From Candidatus Gastranaerophilales bacterium (GTDB taxonomy: Bacteria > Cyanobacteriota > Vampirovibrionia > Gastranaerophilales > Gastranaerophilaceae), in the NCBI GenBank assembly GCA_944326655.1, contig CALVEX010000159.1, positions 1 to 23,413 of the forward strand: DNA of 23,413 bases. The letters run 5' to 3'. The position numbers were made by a program, and so were the translations under genes. Every line of letters starts with the position of its first letter. Position 1 is the first letter of the stretch. The notes under the pieces are model-generated. The model was not told where the DNA came from, ran no database searches, and worked only from the letters and a program-made list of their open reading frames with translations. Positions 15,318-23,413 of the stretch are shown here, piece by piece.

Positions 15318-15531
15318 TCCTTTTCATACGTATTGTTTATTACCGTTTCTTGTGTTCTGTCTTTATAAAAATCTAACCGTCTGCTGCCTTTTTCTTGTTC
15401 TTCGTGTAAATCCGTTCCAGATCAAAGTTATTTAAGTCTTTATATATCCAGGAATTTTGAATTTTAATATTTCCATCATCGGTTAATTCATTAATGGTAA
15501 TTTACCCTGGTTGATTTTCTATTTTATATCT

Positions 15532-16362
15532 TCACAGCCAGATATTAAATTCTATATTGTCTTTTCCCGGAATAATTTCTACCTCTTTGCCCCTGAATGC
15601 TATTCCGCAATAGTTAAAAAACTGAGCATATTTTTTCCCTTTGTATTTAAGAATGTCAAAGCCGTTTATTGCCAGATGGCTGTTTATAGTAATTTTTTTG
15701 CCTTCAAAACTTTTTGTATAGAATTTTTTTAAGTCGATTTGTGCGTTGTCGTATGCCCATCCGTTTTCGCTTACATAATCAACAAGACCGTAAACAGGTG
15801 TGCCTTTTTTAATATATAATTTACCGTTTTTATATACATCCTTCGCGGTTTCAAATTTAATTTTGTCTCCGACTTCTATTTCATTATGGCTGGTCGAAAT
15901 CAGCTGTGCCGGAATAATTTTTACAGGCGTATCTTCTGAATTTATGTAGTTGCTGAAAAATACAACAAGCTCTGTTTTTCCGGGTTTTAAAATTACTTCA
16001 CCGCCTCTTATAAGGTAAGTTGCGGGTGCAATCCCGTTATTTGCAAGCTCCTGATATTTTGCGTGCTCGCCGCCTTTAACGTAAATTTCCCCGTTGAGCC
16101 TCTTCCCTGATTGTTTGTATTGGAAATTATTGATTAAAATAGAGGCCTGTTCACCAGCAAAGCCGTTAGGGTTTAATTCTTTAATCAGTCCTGTTACAAT
16201 TTCTCCGCTTTTTACATCTTTAAAGTCTACATAATCCCCTTCGTGAAGATTTTTATTTGCAGTGGAAATTTTTTCAACGGGTGTTATTGTAACAGGAACT
16301 TCTTCCGCAATGGAAGAAAGTCCTGTTAACAATATTGAAGTTAAAATTAATCTTTTTATCAT
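15532..16362 (-). CDS. Secreted hypothetical protein (276 aa) with a cleavable signal peptide (MIKRLILTSILLTGLSSIA/EE). Translationally coupled to the upstream M48 peptidase gene.
   Basis: Its start ATG overlaps the TAA stop of the peptidase gene (TAATG). Codon usage is consistent with neighbours. No recognisable catalytic motif. Confidence 0.6.
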   Translation of the reverse strand: MIKRLILTSILLTGLSSIAEEVPVTITPVEKISTANKNLHEGDYVDFKDVKSGEIVTGLIKELNPNGFAGEQASILINNFQYKQSGKRLNGEIYVKGGEHAKYQELANNGIAPATYLIRGGEVILKPGKTELVVFFSNYINSEDTPVKIIPAQLISTSHNEIEVGDKIKFETAKDVYKNGKLYIKKGTPVYGLVDYVSENGWAYDNAQIDLKKFYTKSFEGKKITINSHLAINGFDILKYKGKKYAQFFNYCGIAFRGKEVEIIPGKDNIEFNIWL

Positions 16363-17069
16363 TACAAATCACCTTTTTCAAGCTGTTTCATTCTCCGTTT
16401 TTGTTGTTTTTGCTGAAACTCTGTAATGTCATTTTTCATACTGTATTCAAAGTTTTTATATGACGGAGTGCGTGTCAGTGGAGAATTCAGGTATTGCGGG
16501 TACTTCACATAAATATATTTATACATGTCTATTAATCGTTTTGAACCTTTCGGGTGGAGGTAGGTATATCCCCAATCCCAAACCGGTTCTCCGAATATCT
16601 TATTACCCATTGTAATTGCAGCAACAGGATCGTACCCGGATTTAACCATATAGTCTATAGCATTCAAATCAGCTTTTTGCTCATATTTTTTAGAATTTGC
16701 ATTCATCGCCATATATTTAATCATGCCGCCGTAAGCTTCAACGGAGTGTGCGATCTCATGCGACAATACGTATGCAAGTTCATCATCATTGTCTATATAC
16801 ATAAACATTCCGGAATAAATTGTAACAGTTTTATCATAGAGATTTGAATTTGCATTAACTGTTTTTTTATTCTCTACAAAAATCGGAACCCTTCTGGGTA
16901 TTCTGTTGTCAAGCATGATTTTTTGTCCTACTTTAAGGACCTTTTCTTCATCAATACCTTTTTTCCTCCAGAAGTTATTCAAATTTGCTCCTTGAATAAC
17001 CATAATTTCATCTGCAAAAGAACATGTCCCTATAGCAAGTATGCCTAATAAAACTAAAATCTTTTTCAT
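16362..17069 (-). CDS. Exported M48-family zinc metallopeptidase (235 aa) with HEIAH plus a downstream E..ADLNA.DYMVKSGYDP third-ligand region.
   Basis: AAGAGGAA-N6-ATG start (MKKILVLLGILAIGTCSFA signal peptide). HExxH at LSHEIAHSVEAYGG. The track ORF extends 8 codons further upstream without an RBS. Confidence 0.75.
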   Translation of the reverse strand: MKKILVLLGILAIGTCSFADEIMVIQGANLNNFWRKKGIDEEKVLKVGQKIMLDNRIPRRVPIFVENKKTVNANSNLYDKTVTIYSGMFMYIDNDDELAYVLSHEIAHSVEAYGGMIKYMAMNANSKKYEQKADLNAIDYMVKSGYDPVAAITMGNKIFGEPVWDWGYTYLHPKGSKRLIDMYKYIYVKYPQYLNSPLTRTPSYKNFEYSMKNDITEFQQKQQKRRMKQLEKGDL

Positions 17070-17221
17070 AATAATTCCTCTTATCATATACACGAAAATA
17101 TGTTACTATATTATTTTTAAATTTGCAAGCCTAATGTAAAACTTTTATAAGGAAATGTAAATTTAAATGTTTCAATGTTATAATATTTCTATTCGGATAA
17201 ATAGTTATTGAGAGGAAATAT

Positions 17222-19066
17222 ATGTGCGGAATAGTAGGATATGTAGGAAATAAATCGGTTGTTGATATTTTGCTTGATGGATTGGAACAATTAGAATACA
17301 GAGGTTATGATTCATCCGGAATTGCTGTCATGTGTGATGATGAAATTAAAGTTTATAAAGCAATCGGCAAGCTTCAGAATTTAAGAGATGAATTGCGCGG
17401 GCATGAGCATGAATATAACAGCTCAACTATGGGTATAGGTCATATAAGATGGGCAACTCATGGGGCCCCTACTCTTTTAAACGCTCATCCTCAGACTTGT
17501 AATTGCGGAAATTTAGTTGTTGTCCATAACGGAATAATTGAAAATTACAAAGAATTAAGAGAAGAATTGTCTAAGTTGGGATGTGTGTTTAAATCACAAA
17601 CTGATACAGAAGCAGTCGCACATCTTGTAGCCCGTAAATACGCGGAATGCAAGGATTTAACCGAAGCTGTCAGACTCGCTTCGGAAGAAATAGAAGGAGC
17701 TTATGCTCTTTGTGTAATGCATAATGACTGTAAAAATAAACTTGTTATAACAAAAAGAAATGCTCCGCTTCTCGTAGGCATTGGAGAAGGCGAATATTTT
17801 GCGGCATCTGATGTTCCGGCTATTATTAAACATACTAAAAAGGCTGTTTATTTGACTGATAATCAAATAGCTACTTTGACTCCTGATTCTATGCAGATAA
17901 TAGATGAAAACGGATCTAAAATTGAACCGAAAATAGAGCTTTTACCATGGGAGCCTGTTGCATTGAGCAAAATGGGCTATAAGCACTTTATGCTTAAAGA
18001 AATCCATGAACAGCCCGATGTTATAAGAAATATTCTTGTCGGAAGACTTCATGCTCCAGATGAACACATTATTTTAAATGAGGTTAAATTAGATAAAGAA
18101 ACTCTGAAAAAATTAAACAGGATTCAGATTATTGCCTGCGGAACATCTTTACATGCTGCAATGGTTGGTAAATATATAATTGAAAGTTTTTGCGGTATTG
18201 CTGTTGATGTTGAAGCTTCAAGTGAATATATTTACAGAAAAACCGTTACGGATGAACATACTCTTGTTATAGGTGTTTCTCAGTCAGGCGAAACCGCTGA
18301 TACTTTGACCGCAATCAAACAGGCAAAGGCTAAAGGGTCGCATATTCTGATTATTACAAACAGACCGGACAGTTCAATGGCTCGAGAGGCGGACAGTTTA
18401 ATTCCGGTGAATGCGGGTATTGAAGTTTCGGTTGCTGCAACTAAGTCTTATATCGCTCAATTGATGGCATTTTATCTTCTTGCATTATATATGTCAGAAA
18501 TTAAAGACAGTATTGCAGCCTCAACACTAACTTCTTTAAAAGCAGAATTGATGGTTCTTCCTCAAAAGATAGAACAAATTCTTGCTCATAAAGAGGATAT
18601 TCAAAAAGTTGCGAAAACTTATGCAAATACAAAAGACTTCATCTATATTGCACGAGGGATAAATTATCCTACAGCATTAGAGGGGGCATTAAAGCTTAAA
18701 GAAATCAGCTATATTAGTGCTACAGGATATCCTGCCGGCGAGTTGAAGCATGGTCCTATTGCAATGCTTGATGAGACAATGCCTGTTCTGTCAATTTTAA
18801 TGAACGGTTCTGTTTATGACAAACTTCTTTCAAACAGCGAAGAAGCAAAAGCAAGAAACGCAAGGATGATTGCACTTACAAATTCAAAGGACGGAAAACT
18901 GGATGATTTATTTGAAAATATAATAAGAGTTCCGGATGTACAGGAATTGTTCTCGCCAATTATAGCAATTATTCCTTTACAGCTTATGGCTTATTATATT
19001 GCGGAATTTTTGGGTAAAGACGTAGATCAGCCGAGAAATCTTGCAAAATCTGTTACAGTAGAGTAG
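17222..19066 (+). CDS. glmS: Glutamine--fructose-6-phosphate aminotransferase (isomerising).
   Basis: MCGIVGYVG N-terminal nucleophile, two SIS domains, conserved C-terminal ...AYYIAEFLGKDVDQPRNLAKSVTVE. RBS GAGAGGAAAT upstream. Confidence 0.97.
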   Translation: MCGIVGYVGNKSVVDILLDGLEQLEYRGYDSSGIAVMCDDEIKVYKAIGKLQNLRDELRGHEHEYNSSTMGIGHIRWATHGAPTLLNAHPQTCNCGNLVVVHNGIIENYKELREELSKLGCVFKSQTDTEAVAHLVARKYAECKDLTEAVRLASEEIEGAYALCVMHNDCKNKLVITKRNAPLLVGIGEGEYFAASDVPAIIKHTKKAVYLTDNQIATLTPDSMQIIDENGSKIEPKIELLPWEPVALSKMGYKHFMLKEIHEQPDVIRNILVGRLHAPDEHIILNEVKLDKETLKKLNRIQIIACGTSLHAAMVGKYIIESFCGIAVDVEASSEYIYRKTVTDEHTLVIGVSQSGETADTLTAIKQAKAKGSHILIITNRPDSSMAREADSLIPVNAGIEVSVAATKSYIAQLMAFYLLALYMSEIKDSIAASTLTSLKAELMVLPQKIEQILAHKEDIQKVAKTYANTKDFIYIARGINYPTALEGALKLKEISYISATGYPAGELKHGPIAMLDETMPVLSILMNGSVYDKLLSNSEEAKARNARMIALTNSKDGKLDDLFENIIRVPDVQELFSPIIAIIPLQLMAYYIAEFLGKDVDQPRNLAKSVTVE

Positions 19067-19158
19067 AATTGTATTTGTAAAAAACGTATGTAACTCCCCT
19101 AGTATAGTGAAACGGAACATACTTCAAAATTTCACCATGATAATTGAATATTTAAAAA

Positions 19159-19231
19159 GCCGATGTAGCTCAGTTGGTAGAGCAACTCATTCGTAATGAG
19201 TAGGTCAAGGGTTCGAGTCCCTTTATCGGCT
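19159..19231 (+). tRNA. tRNA-Thr (anticodon CGT), 73 nt, CCA not encoded.
   Basis: Manual cloverleaf. Acceptor gccgatg/tatcggc (one G-U pair). D arm tagctcagttggtagagc. Anticodon stem actca/tgagt with loop ttCGTaa. T arm aaggg-ttcgagt-ccctt. Discriminator t. Confidence 0.85.
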
Positions 19232-19458
19232 TGGTTATAAAATTATGATAAAATCCGCTGTCGTGAAAATAAAAAAAGTAAATAATTTTGATAATTCCTA
19301 TATCGAAGATGAATTGGCTAAATTATATAGGGATATAGTTCGTTGGGCTGTTGTTGATGTAGATGAAGCGGACATTTCCATAAGCGTTTCTTACCTAACG
19401 TAATATATATTAATACAATATTTGCTTTTGAAAGTTTTTGGTTGTACACTGTTTCTTA

Positions 19459-19551
19459 ATGGATTGGCCGGGTCGGAATTAAAAACCTTACCGGCCGGAT
19501 TGACGGTGATAGGTTCGCCGGATCCTAAATACAAATTAAGGAGAATTTAAA
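19459..19551 (+). promoter_or_regulatory. GC-rich structured 5' leader of metK. Hairpin GGCCGG-loop-CCGGCC (19465-19495) whose loop (aaCCTTAcc) is complementary to the SD region (atTAAGGag). Candidate pseudoknot-type SAM-responsive element of unassigned class.
   Basis: Stem and loop/SD complementarity read directly. The leader does not match the SAM-I core (no GAGGGA...GGCAACC...). Confidence 0.3.
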
Positions 19552-20826
19552 ATGACACCAAGAAACTTTTTATTCACTTCCGAATCAGTTACGGAAGGAC
19601 ACCCCGACAAAGTCTGCGATCAGATTTCAGACGCAATTTTGGATGAGTTTTTGACAAAATACCCTCAGGCGCGTGTAGCAGCTGAAACTACTGTTACCAC
19701 TGGTATGGCGCTTGTCTGCGGGGAAATTACTGCTGATTGTTATGTTGATATTCCTTCAGTTGTAAGAAATACGATTAAAAATATCGGCTACAACGGAACA
19801 CAAGGCGGCGGTTTTGATTACAAAACCTGTGCCGTTTTGACAAGTATTGATGAACAGTCTTGCGACATTGCGGGCGGTGTAAACAAAGCTTTTGAAACAA
19901 GAAATAACAACGCTGATACTTCAACTTCTGAAACTGAAAATATCGGCGCAGGCGATCAGGGAATTATGTTTGGTTACGCCTGTAACGAAACACCTGAATT
20001 AATGCCTTTGCCTATCAGTTTGGCTCATAAATTATCATATAGATTAGCTCAGGTAAGAAAACAGGGAATTTTAAACTACCTCAGACCGGATGGCAAATCT
20101 CAGGTTACTGTTGAATATGTTGACGGAAAACCTTCTAGAATTCATACAATTCTTATTTCAACACAACATGATCCTGAAATTAACGGTGAATGTGATAACA
20201 GCAAAGTTCAGGAAATTATTAAAAGAGATATTACCGCATACGTAATTGATGAGGTTTTTGCGCACGAAACTATTAAAATTGATAGTGAAACAAAAATTCT
20301 TGTAAACCCGTCAGGAAGATTCGTTGTAGGCGGGCCTCAAGGGGATGCCGGATTGACCGGACGTAAAATTATTGTTGATACTTACGGTGGTTATTCTCGC
20401 CACGGCGGCGGTGCTTTTTCGGGAAAAGATCCTACAAAAGTTGACAGATCTGCTGCTTATGCCGCAAGATGGGTTGCTAAAAATGTTGTAGCTTCAGGTT
20501 TAGCAGAAAAATGCGAAATCGAACTTGCTTATGCAATCGGTGTTGCAGAACCTGTTTCAATCTTGGTTGATACTTTTGGCACAGGTAAAATTTCCGATGA
20601 TGAAATATCTGCTTTAGTATCTAAAAACTTTGATTTAAGACCTGCATCAATTATTAATCAGTTTGACCTTCGCGGGCTGCCTGCTAAAAACGGCGGTAAA
20701 TTCTATCAATTACTTGCCGCATACGGTCATATGGGAAGAACTGATATTGATGTTCCGTGGGAAAGAACAGATAAGGCCGACGCTTTGAAATCTCAGGCTT
20801 GCGGCTGCTGTTCCTGCTCAAAATAA
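19552..20826 (+). CDS. metK: S-adenosylmethionine synthetase with an unusual Cys-rich C-terminal tail (...[11 protein letters not shown]).
   Basis: Conserved MetK blocks ([51 protein letters not shown]). RBS AAGGAGAATTTAAA-ATG. Confidence 0.97.
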   Translation: MTPRNFLFTSESVTEGHPDKVCDQISDAILDEFLTKYPQARVAAETTVTTGMALVCGEITADCYVDIPSVVRNTIKNIGYNGTQGGGFDYKTCAVLTSIDEQSCDIAGGVNKAFETRNNNADTSTSETENIGAGDQGIMFGYACNETPELMPLPISLAHKLSYRLAQVRKQGILNYLRPDGKSQVTVEYVDGKPSRIHTILISTQHDPEINGECDNSKVQEIIKRDITAYVIDEVFAHETIKIDSETKILVNPSGRFVVGGPQGDAGLTGRKIIVDTYGGYSRHGGGAFSGKDPTKVDRSAAYAARWVAKNVVASGLAEKCEIELAYAIGVAEPVSILVDTFGTGKISDDEISALVSKNFDLRPASIINQFDLRGLPAKNGGKFYQLLAAYGHMGRTDIDVPWERTDKADALKSQACGCCSCSK

Positions 20827-20832
20827 ATCTTA

Positions 20833-20862
20833 GAAAAGCGGTCTTAAAGGCCGCTTTTCTGT
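20833..20862 (+). terminator. Rho-independent terminator of metK (aaaagcgg-loop-ccgctttt followed by a T run).
   Basis: 8-bp stem and TTTTCTGTC directly after the stop codon. Confidence 0.6.
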
Positions 20863-20889
20863 CAAATTAATATGGCGGCTTGAATTTTA

Positions 20890-21075
20890 GACCGTCACCC
20901 TAAATTTGTTTTAGGGTATGAATTTTTTTTGATTTCTATCGCAGTTTACAAAAGAACCGTAATACTCTCATTCCGAATGTCGGATTGACCTTCGTGTTTC
21001 GGAATCTCTATATTGTTAGACCCTGAAACAAGTTCAGGGTGACATTCAAGATGTTGTTAGTGTAAACTGCGATAT
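20890..21075 (+). repeat. Structured intergenic repeat element. Hairpins accctaaa-tttgtt-tttagggt (20896-20917) and accctgaa-acaa-ttcagggt (21020-21040). A 10-bp inverted repeat gcagtttaca/tgtaaactgc (20941-50 and 21061-70) encloses a nested palindrome attccgaa...ttcggaat and a sigma70-like promoter TTGACC-N18-TATATT (20985-21014) oriented toward the gamma-CA gene.
   Basis: Read directly. A 45-nt core (gtaatacNNtcattcNNNNNtcggattgNNcttNgtgtttcNgaa) recurs at 23003-23050. Shorter pieces recur upstream of the giant gene (5083-5110, minus strand), at 10761-10775 and at 19494-19506. Confidence 0.55.
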
Positions 21076-21152
21076 AAGCCCCGAATTTTTTACTGGCAAA
21101 ATTTTTTATGTTTGGTTTTTTATAATAAAGTATTTAATAAGGAGAAAATTTT

Positions 21153-21788
21153 ATGTTACCTGTTTTACCGCAGATTGCCCCTAAAAATGTAATGCCAAAT
21201 CCTGTAACGAGTTTTACCCCGAACAGATATATGCCTTTGTTGATGCCGAATGATGCTATTCATCCGCAGGCAAGTGTAATTGGAGATGTTATAATCGGAC
21301 AGGATGTTAATATTGCGCCTTTTGCTTCTGTCAGAGGAGATGAAGGCACCCCCATTTATATAGGAGCCGGTTCAAATGTTCAGGACGGTGTTGTTATCCA
21401 CGGACTTAAAAACGGACGTGTAAAGCATGACGGGCAGGAATATTCGGTATATGTAGGAAAAGATGTCAGCCTTGCGCATCAATCACAGGTTCATGGCCCT
21501 GCAAAAATCGGTGATAATGTATTTGTCGGTATGCAGTCATTTGTTTATAAATCGGAAATAGGTAACAATGTTGTAATTGAACCTGCCGCGAAAGTTATAG
21601 GTGTAAAAGTCGCTGATAACAGGTATGTTCCGGCAGGAGAAGTTATAAAGACCCAGGAACAGGCAGATAAACTCCCTGAAATTACTCCTGAATACGTAAA
21701 CAAAGATATGAATCATGAAGTTGTTGAGGTTAATAAAGAACTTGCGTATTCCTATCCTGCAAATTATTATATGGCAAGTTTCGCTTAA
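21153..21788 (+). CDS. Gamma-class carbonic anhydrase-like / left-handed beta-helix (hexapeptide-repeat) protein with a Pro-rich ~35-aa N-terminal extension.
   Basis: Hexapeptide repeats (ASVIGDVIIGQDVNIAPFASVRGDEG...IGAGSNVQDGVVIHG) typical of the CamH/YrdA/PaaY family. RBS AAGGAGAAAATTTT-ATG. Confidence 0.8.
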   Translation: MLPVLPQIAPKNVMPNPVTSFTPNRYMPLLMPNDAIHPQASVIGDVIIGQDVNIAPFASVRGDEGTPIYIGAGSNVQDGVVIHGLKNGRVKHDGQEYSVYVGKDVSLAHQSQVHGPAKIGDNVFVGMQSFVYKSEIGNNVVIEPAAKVIGVKVADNRYVPAGEVIKTQEQADKLPEITPEYVNKDMNHEVVEVNKELAYSYPANYYMASFA

Positions 21789-21795
21789 CTTTAAT

Positions 21796-22935
21796 TTATA
21801 TATCAATTCTTTTTAGATCAAATTCCGTTTGATTTTTGTCCCTGCCCCTTTTTATGAGTATAGCAGCTATTATTGCCGTAACGGGAACACAAACCAAAAT
21901 AGCAATACTTCCCGTAAGCGCTGACAAAATTTCTGTTGCTACCTGATTGAGATTAAAAAATTTGTTCATATCAATATTGCTTGACAAAAGTACAAGCGGC
22001 AGTGCACTTCCGAGGTAAACAAGAATAAGTGTATTTGACATTGTTCCTATTATGTCCCGTCCTACATTCATTCCGGATTTAAAAAGCTGTTTTATGGTTA
22101 AAGAATTGTCGGTTTCGTAAATCTCGTTAATTGTACTTGCTATTGATACCGCGGTATCCATAAGCGCTCCTAATGCTGCTATTACCATTGATGCCGAAAG
22201 AATGCCCGTAAAACTTAAATCAGGTCTTGCTGTGTATAAAAACATCGGTTCTTCTCCCGCAAACCCTGTCAGGTGTGCAAAATATATTGCAATCATAGAT
22301 AATGCTCCGGCAAAAATCAAGCTTGAGCTTGTTCCTATTATTGCTGCCGAACTTTTTGAATTGAAGCCGCCGACAAGATATATGGTTATTGCCGCAGATA
22401 TTATTCCGACAAGAACAGATGACGCAATCGGACAGAAACCGCATAAAATCATAGGCATAAGCATAAAAAATATCAGGGCAATTGTTGACACTATAGAAAT
22501 TATGCTTGTAAGCCCTTTTTTATGCCCCGTTAAAAGCAGCATAGCGAAGAAGATTGCACCAAAAATAAGAATTTGATTATCCCTTTTTATGTCTGCAATG
22601 AAAAAATCCACATCATCCGGAGTTGAAACTGTCTCGGAAACCGGCTCAACGTGAAGCACAACCTTATCGCCTTTATTGAGATTAATATCATAGGCCGGAT
22701 TTCCCGTAAGCATATTTTCCACAATTCTTTCTGTCCCTTTAAAATCTCCTGTAAGAACTTTAACAGTGACAAGCTGCTTTGTTGTTTGTTCTCCCTGGTT
22801 AAGTTCGTTTGCATCAACATACTTTATGTCCTCGACAATTCCGGTTTGCGAGGGCAGAACAGGTTTCTCATCATCTGCAAATGTCGGTAAACATATCCCT
22901 AAAATCAAAAATAATATCGCAATAATTTTTTTCAT
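21796..22935 (-). CDS. YibE/F-family integral membrane protein (379 aa) with signal peptide, a ~120-aa extracytoplasmic domain and multiple TM helices.
   Basis: Topology and length match the YibE/F family. RBS AGGAGAGATAA-ATG. MKKIIAILFLILGICLPTFA signal. Confidence 0.7.
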   Translation of the reverse strand: MKKIIAILFLILGICLPTFADDEKPVLPSQTGIVEDIKYVDANELNQGEQTTKQLVTVKVLTGDFKGTERIVENMLTGNPAYDINLNKGDKVVLHVEPVSETVSTPDDVDFFIADIKRDNQILIFGAIFFAMLLLTGHKKGLTSIISIVSTIALIFFMLMPMILCGFCPIASSVLVGIISAAITIYLVGGFNSKSSAAIIGTSSSLIFAGALSMIAIYFAHLTGFAGEEPMFLYTARPDLSFTGILSASMVIAALGALMDTAVSIASTINEIYETDNSLTIKQLFKSGMNVGRDIIGTMSNTLILVYLGSALPLVLLSSNIDMNKFFNLNQVATEILSALTGSIAILVCVPVTAIIAAILIKRGRDKNQTEFDLKRIDI

Positions 22936-23000
22936 TTATCTCTCCTAACCAGATTAACTTTATCACAAAAATGGAATTTATATAGCGGTTTGCACGAAAT

Positions 23001-23330
23001 ATGTGTAATACAGTCATTCTGTACCTCGGATTGTGCTTTGTGTTTCAGAAGTTAGTTGCAAGAAGTTCGGAAGGCAGGAAGGCAAGAGGTCAAGCCGTTA
23101 TCGGCGGGCAAGGCCCTCGTAATGACAATTACAAGTTTAACTTTTGCAGCGGTACGCTGCCTATACGAACTTCTCGTCCTAACGTCTTTACGTCTTATCG
23201 TCTGAAACAATACGAACCTCACCCCAGCCTCTCCTTGTAAAGGAGAGGGGACGATATCAGCTCGCCGAAACGAACTTATTCACCTAAACTCGTTTCACTC
23301 TTCACTCATCACAGTTCACTTAATATTATT
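23001..23330 (+). repeat. Third, degraded copy of the pilin upstream cassette (plus-strand orientation). It lacks the promoter, upstream ORF and poly-C module, has a frame-breaking stop, and retains one hairpin (cctctcctt-gtaa-aaggagagg, 23228-23249) and a diverged gaataagt module. A new gene starts at ~23405 (AGAGGG..ATGAAAA).
   Basis: Same-frame peptide similarity (VARSSEGRKARGQAVIGGQ...FCSGTLPIRT against paralogs 1 and 2). Nucleotide similarity to 11120-11170 and 15120-15200, including synonymous third-position differences. Confidence 0.6.
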
Positions 23331-23413
23331 AGTAACCGTAATTAATCCTTTATGAGTGAAAAATTTTTTTTATATGGTACAATTTTTTCAAAAAGAGGGT
23401 TATGTGATGAAAA

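Noticed and set aside
19254-19412. Unlisted 52-codon ORF (MIKSAVVKIKKVNNFDNSYIEDELAKLYRDIVRWAVVDVDEADISISVSYLT) between tRNA-Thr and metK.
   Set aside because: No SD, no recognisable motif. It could be a small protein or a gene fragment, but the evidence is insufficient to call it.
19440-19551. SAM-I (S-box) riboswitch upstream of metK.
   Set aside because: The conserved S-box core (GAGGGA ... UGGCCC ... GGCAACC ... GGUGC) is not present. Only a generic GC hairpin and loop-SD complementarity were found, reported separately as a low-confidence candidate.
16554-22890. Assorted short ORFs (16554..16847, 17657..17866, 21537..21806, 22202..22576, 22220..22444, 22587..22820, 22651..22890, 22766..22948).
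   Set aside because: All are embedded in or antisense to well-supported genes (M48 peptidase, glmS, gamma-CA, YibE/F).
1-23413. CRISPR arrays, IS elements or transposases, integrases, rRNA.
   Set aside because: No direct-repeat/spacer periodicity of CRISPR type, no transposase- or integrase-like ORF, and no rRNA-like conserved stretches were seen. The repeats present are the tandem coding repeat and the hairpin/cassette repeats described above.

Overview
This is a low-GC (about 35%) bacterial chromosomal window with two layers.

The housekeeping layer is conventional: an RpoD-family sigma factor, an SPFH protein with two zinc ribbons co-oriented with recN, clpB, an M48 peptidase in an operon with a secreted protein, glmS, tRNA-Thr(CGT), metK, a gamma-carbonic-anhydrase-like protein and a YibE/F membrane protein.

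The second layer is what I would chase. The window holds a 1621-aa protein containing about 11-12 near-identical 30-aa tandem repeats (conserved CNNPDFP core). It also holds two paralogous prepilin-type (FTLAEV...) genes, at 9942..11177 and 14013..15209, with a third degraded copy of their upstream region at 23001..23330. Each paralog is preceded by a conserved, hairpin-rich upstream cassette of roughly 500 bp. Each cassette carries a sigma70-like promoter, a strong RBS, a 15-codon upstream ORF containing a 9-10 nt homopolymeric C tract, and a UGA stop overlapping the GUG start of the long pilin reading frame. A third 11-nt G/C tract sits upstream of the giant gene in a related sequence context.

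I read this as a family of slipped-strand phase-variable loci for surface or secreted proteins, whose upstream regions are built from polypyrimidine-loop-polypurine hairpin units (CCCTCCC-TTGA-GGGGAGGG and variants). The same hairpin element is inserted in frame into the clpB M-domain, resembling Rickettsia-type in-frame palindromic elements. Related structured repeats lie in the metK-to-gamma-CA spacer.

Caveat: the G-tract length of the second pilin copy reads as 9 in the printed sequence, but the supplied ORF-track frame implies 10.
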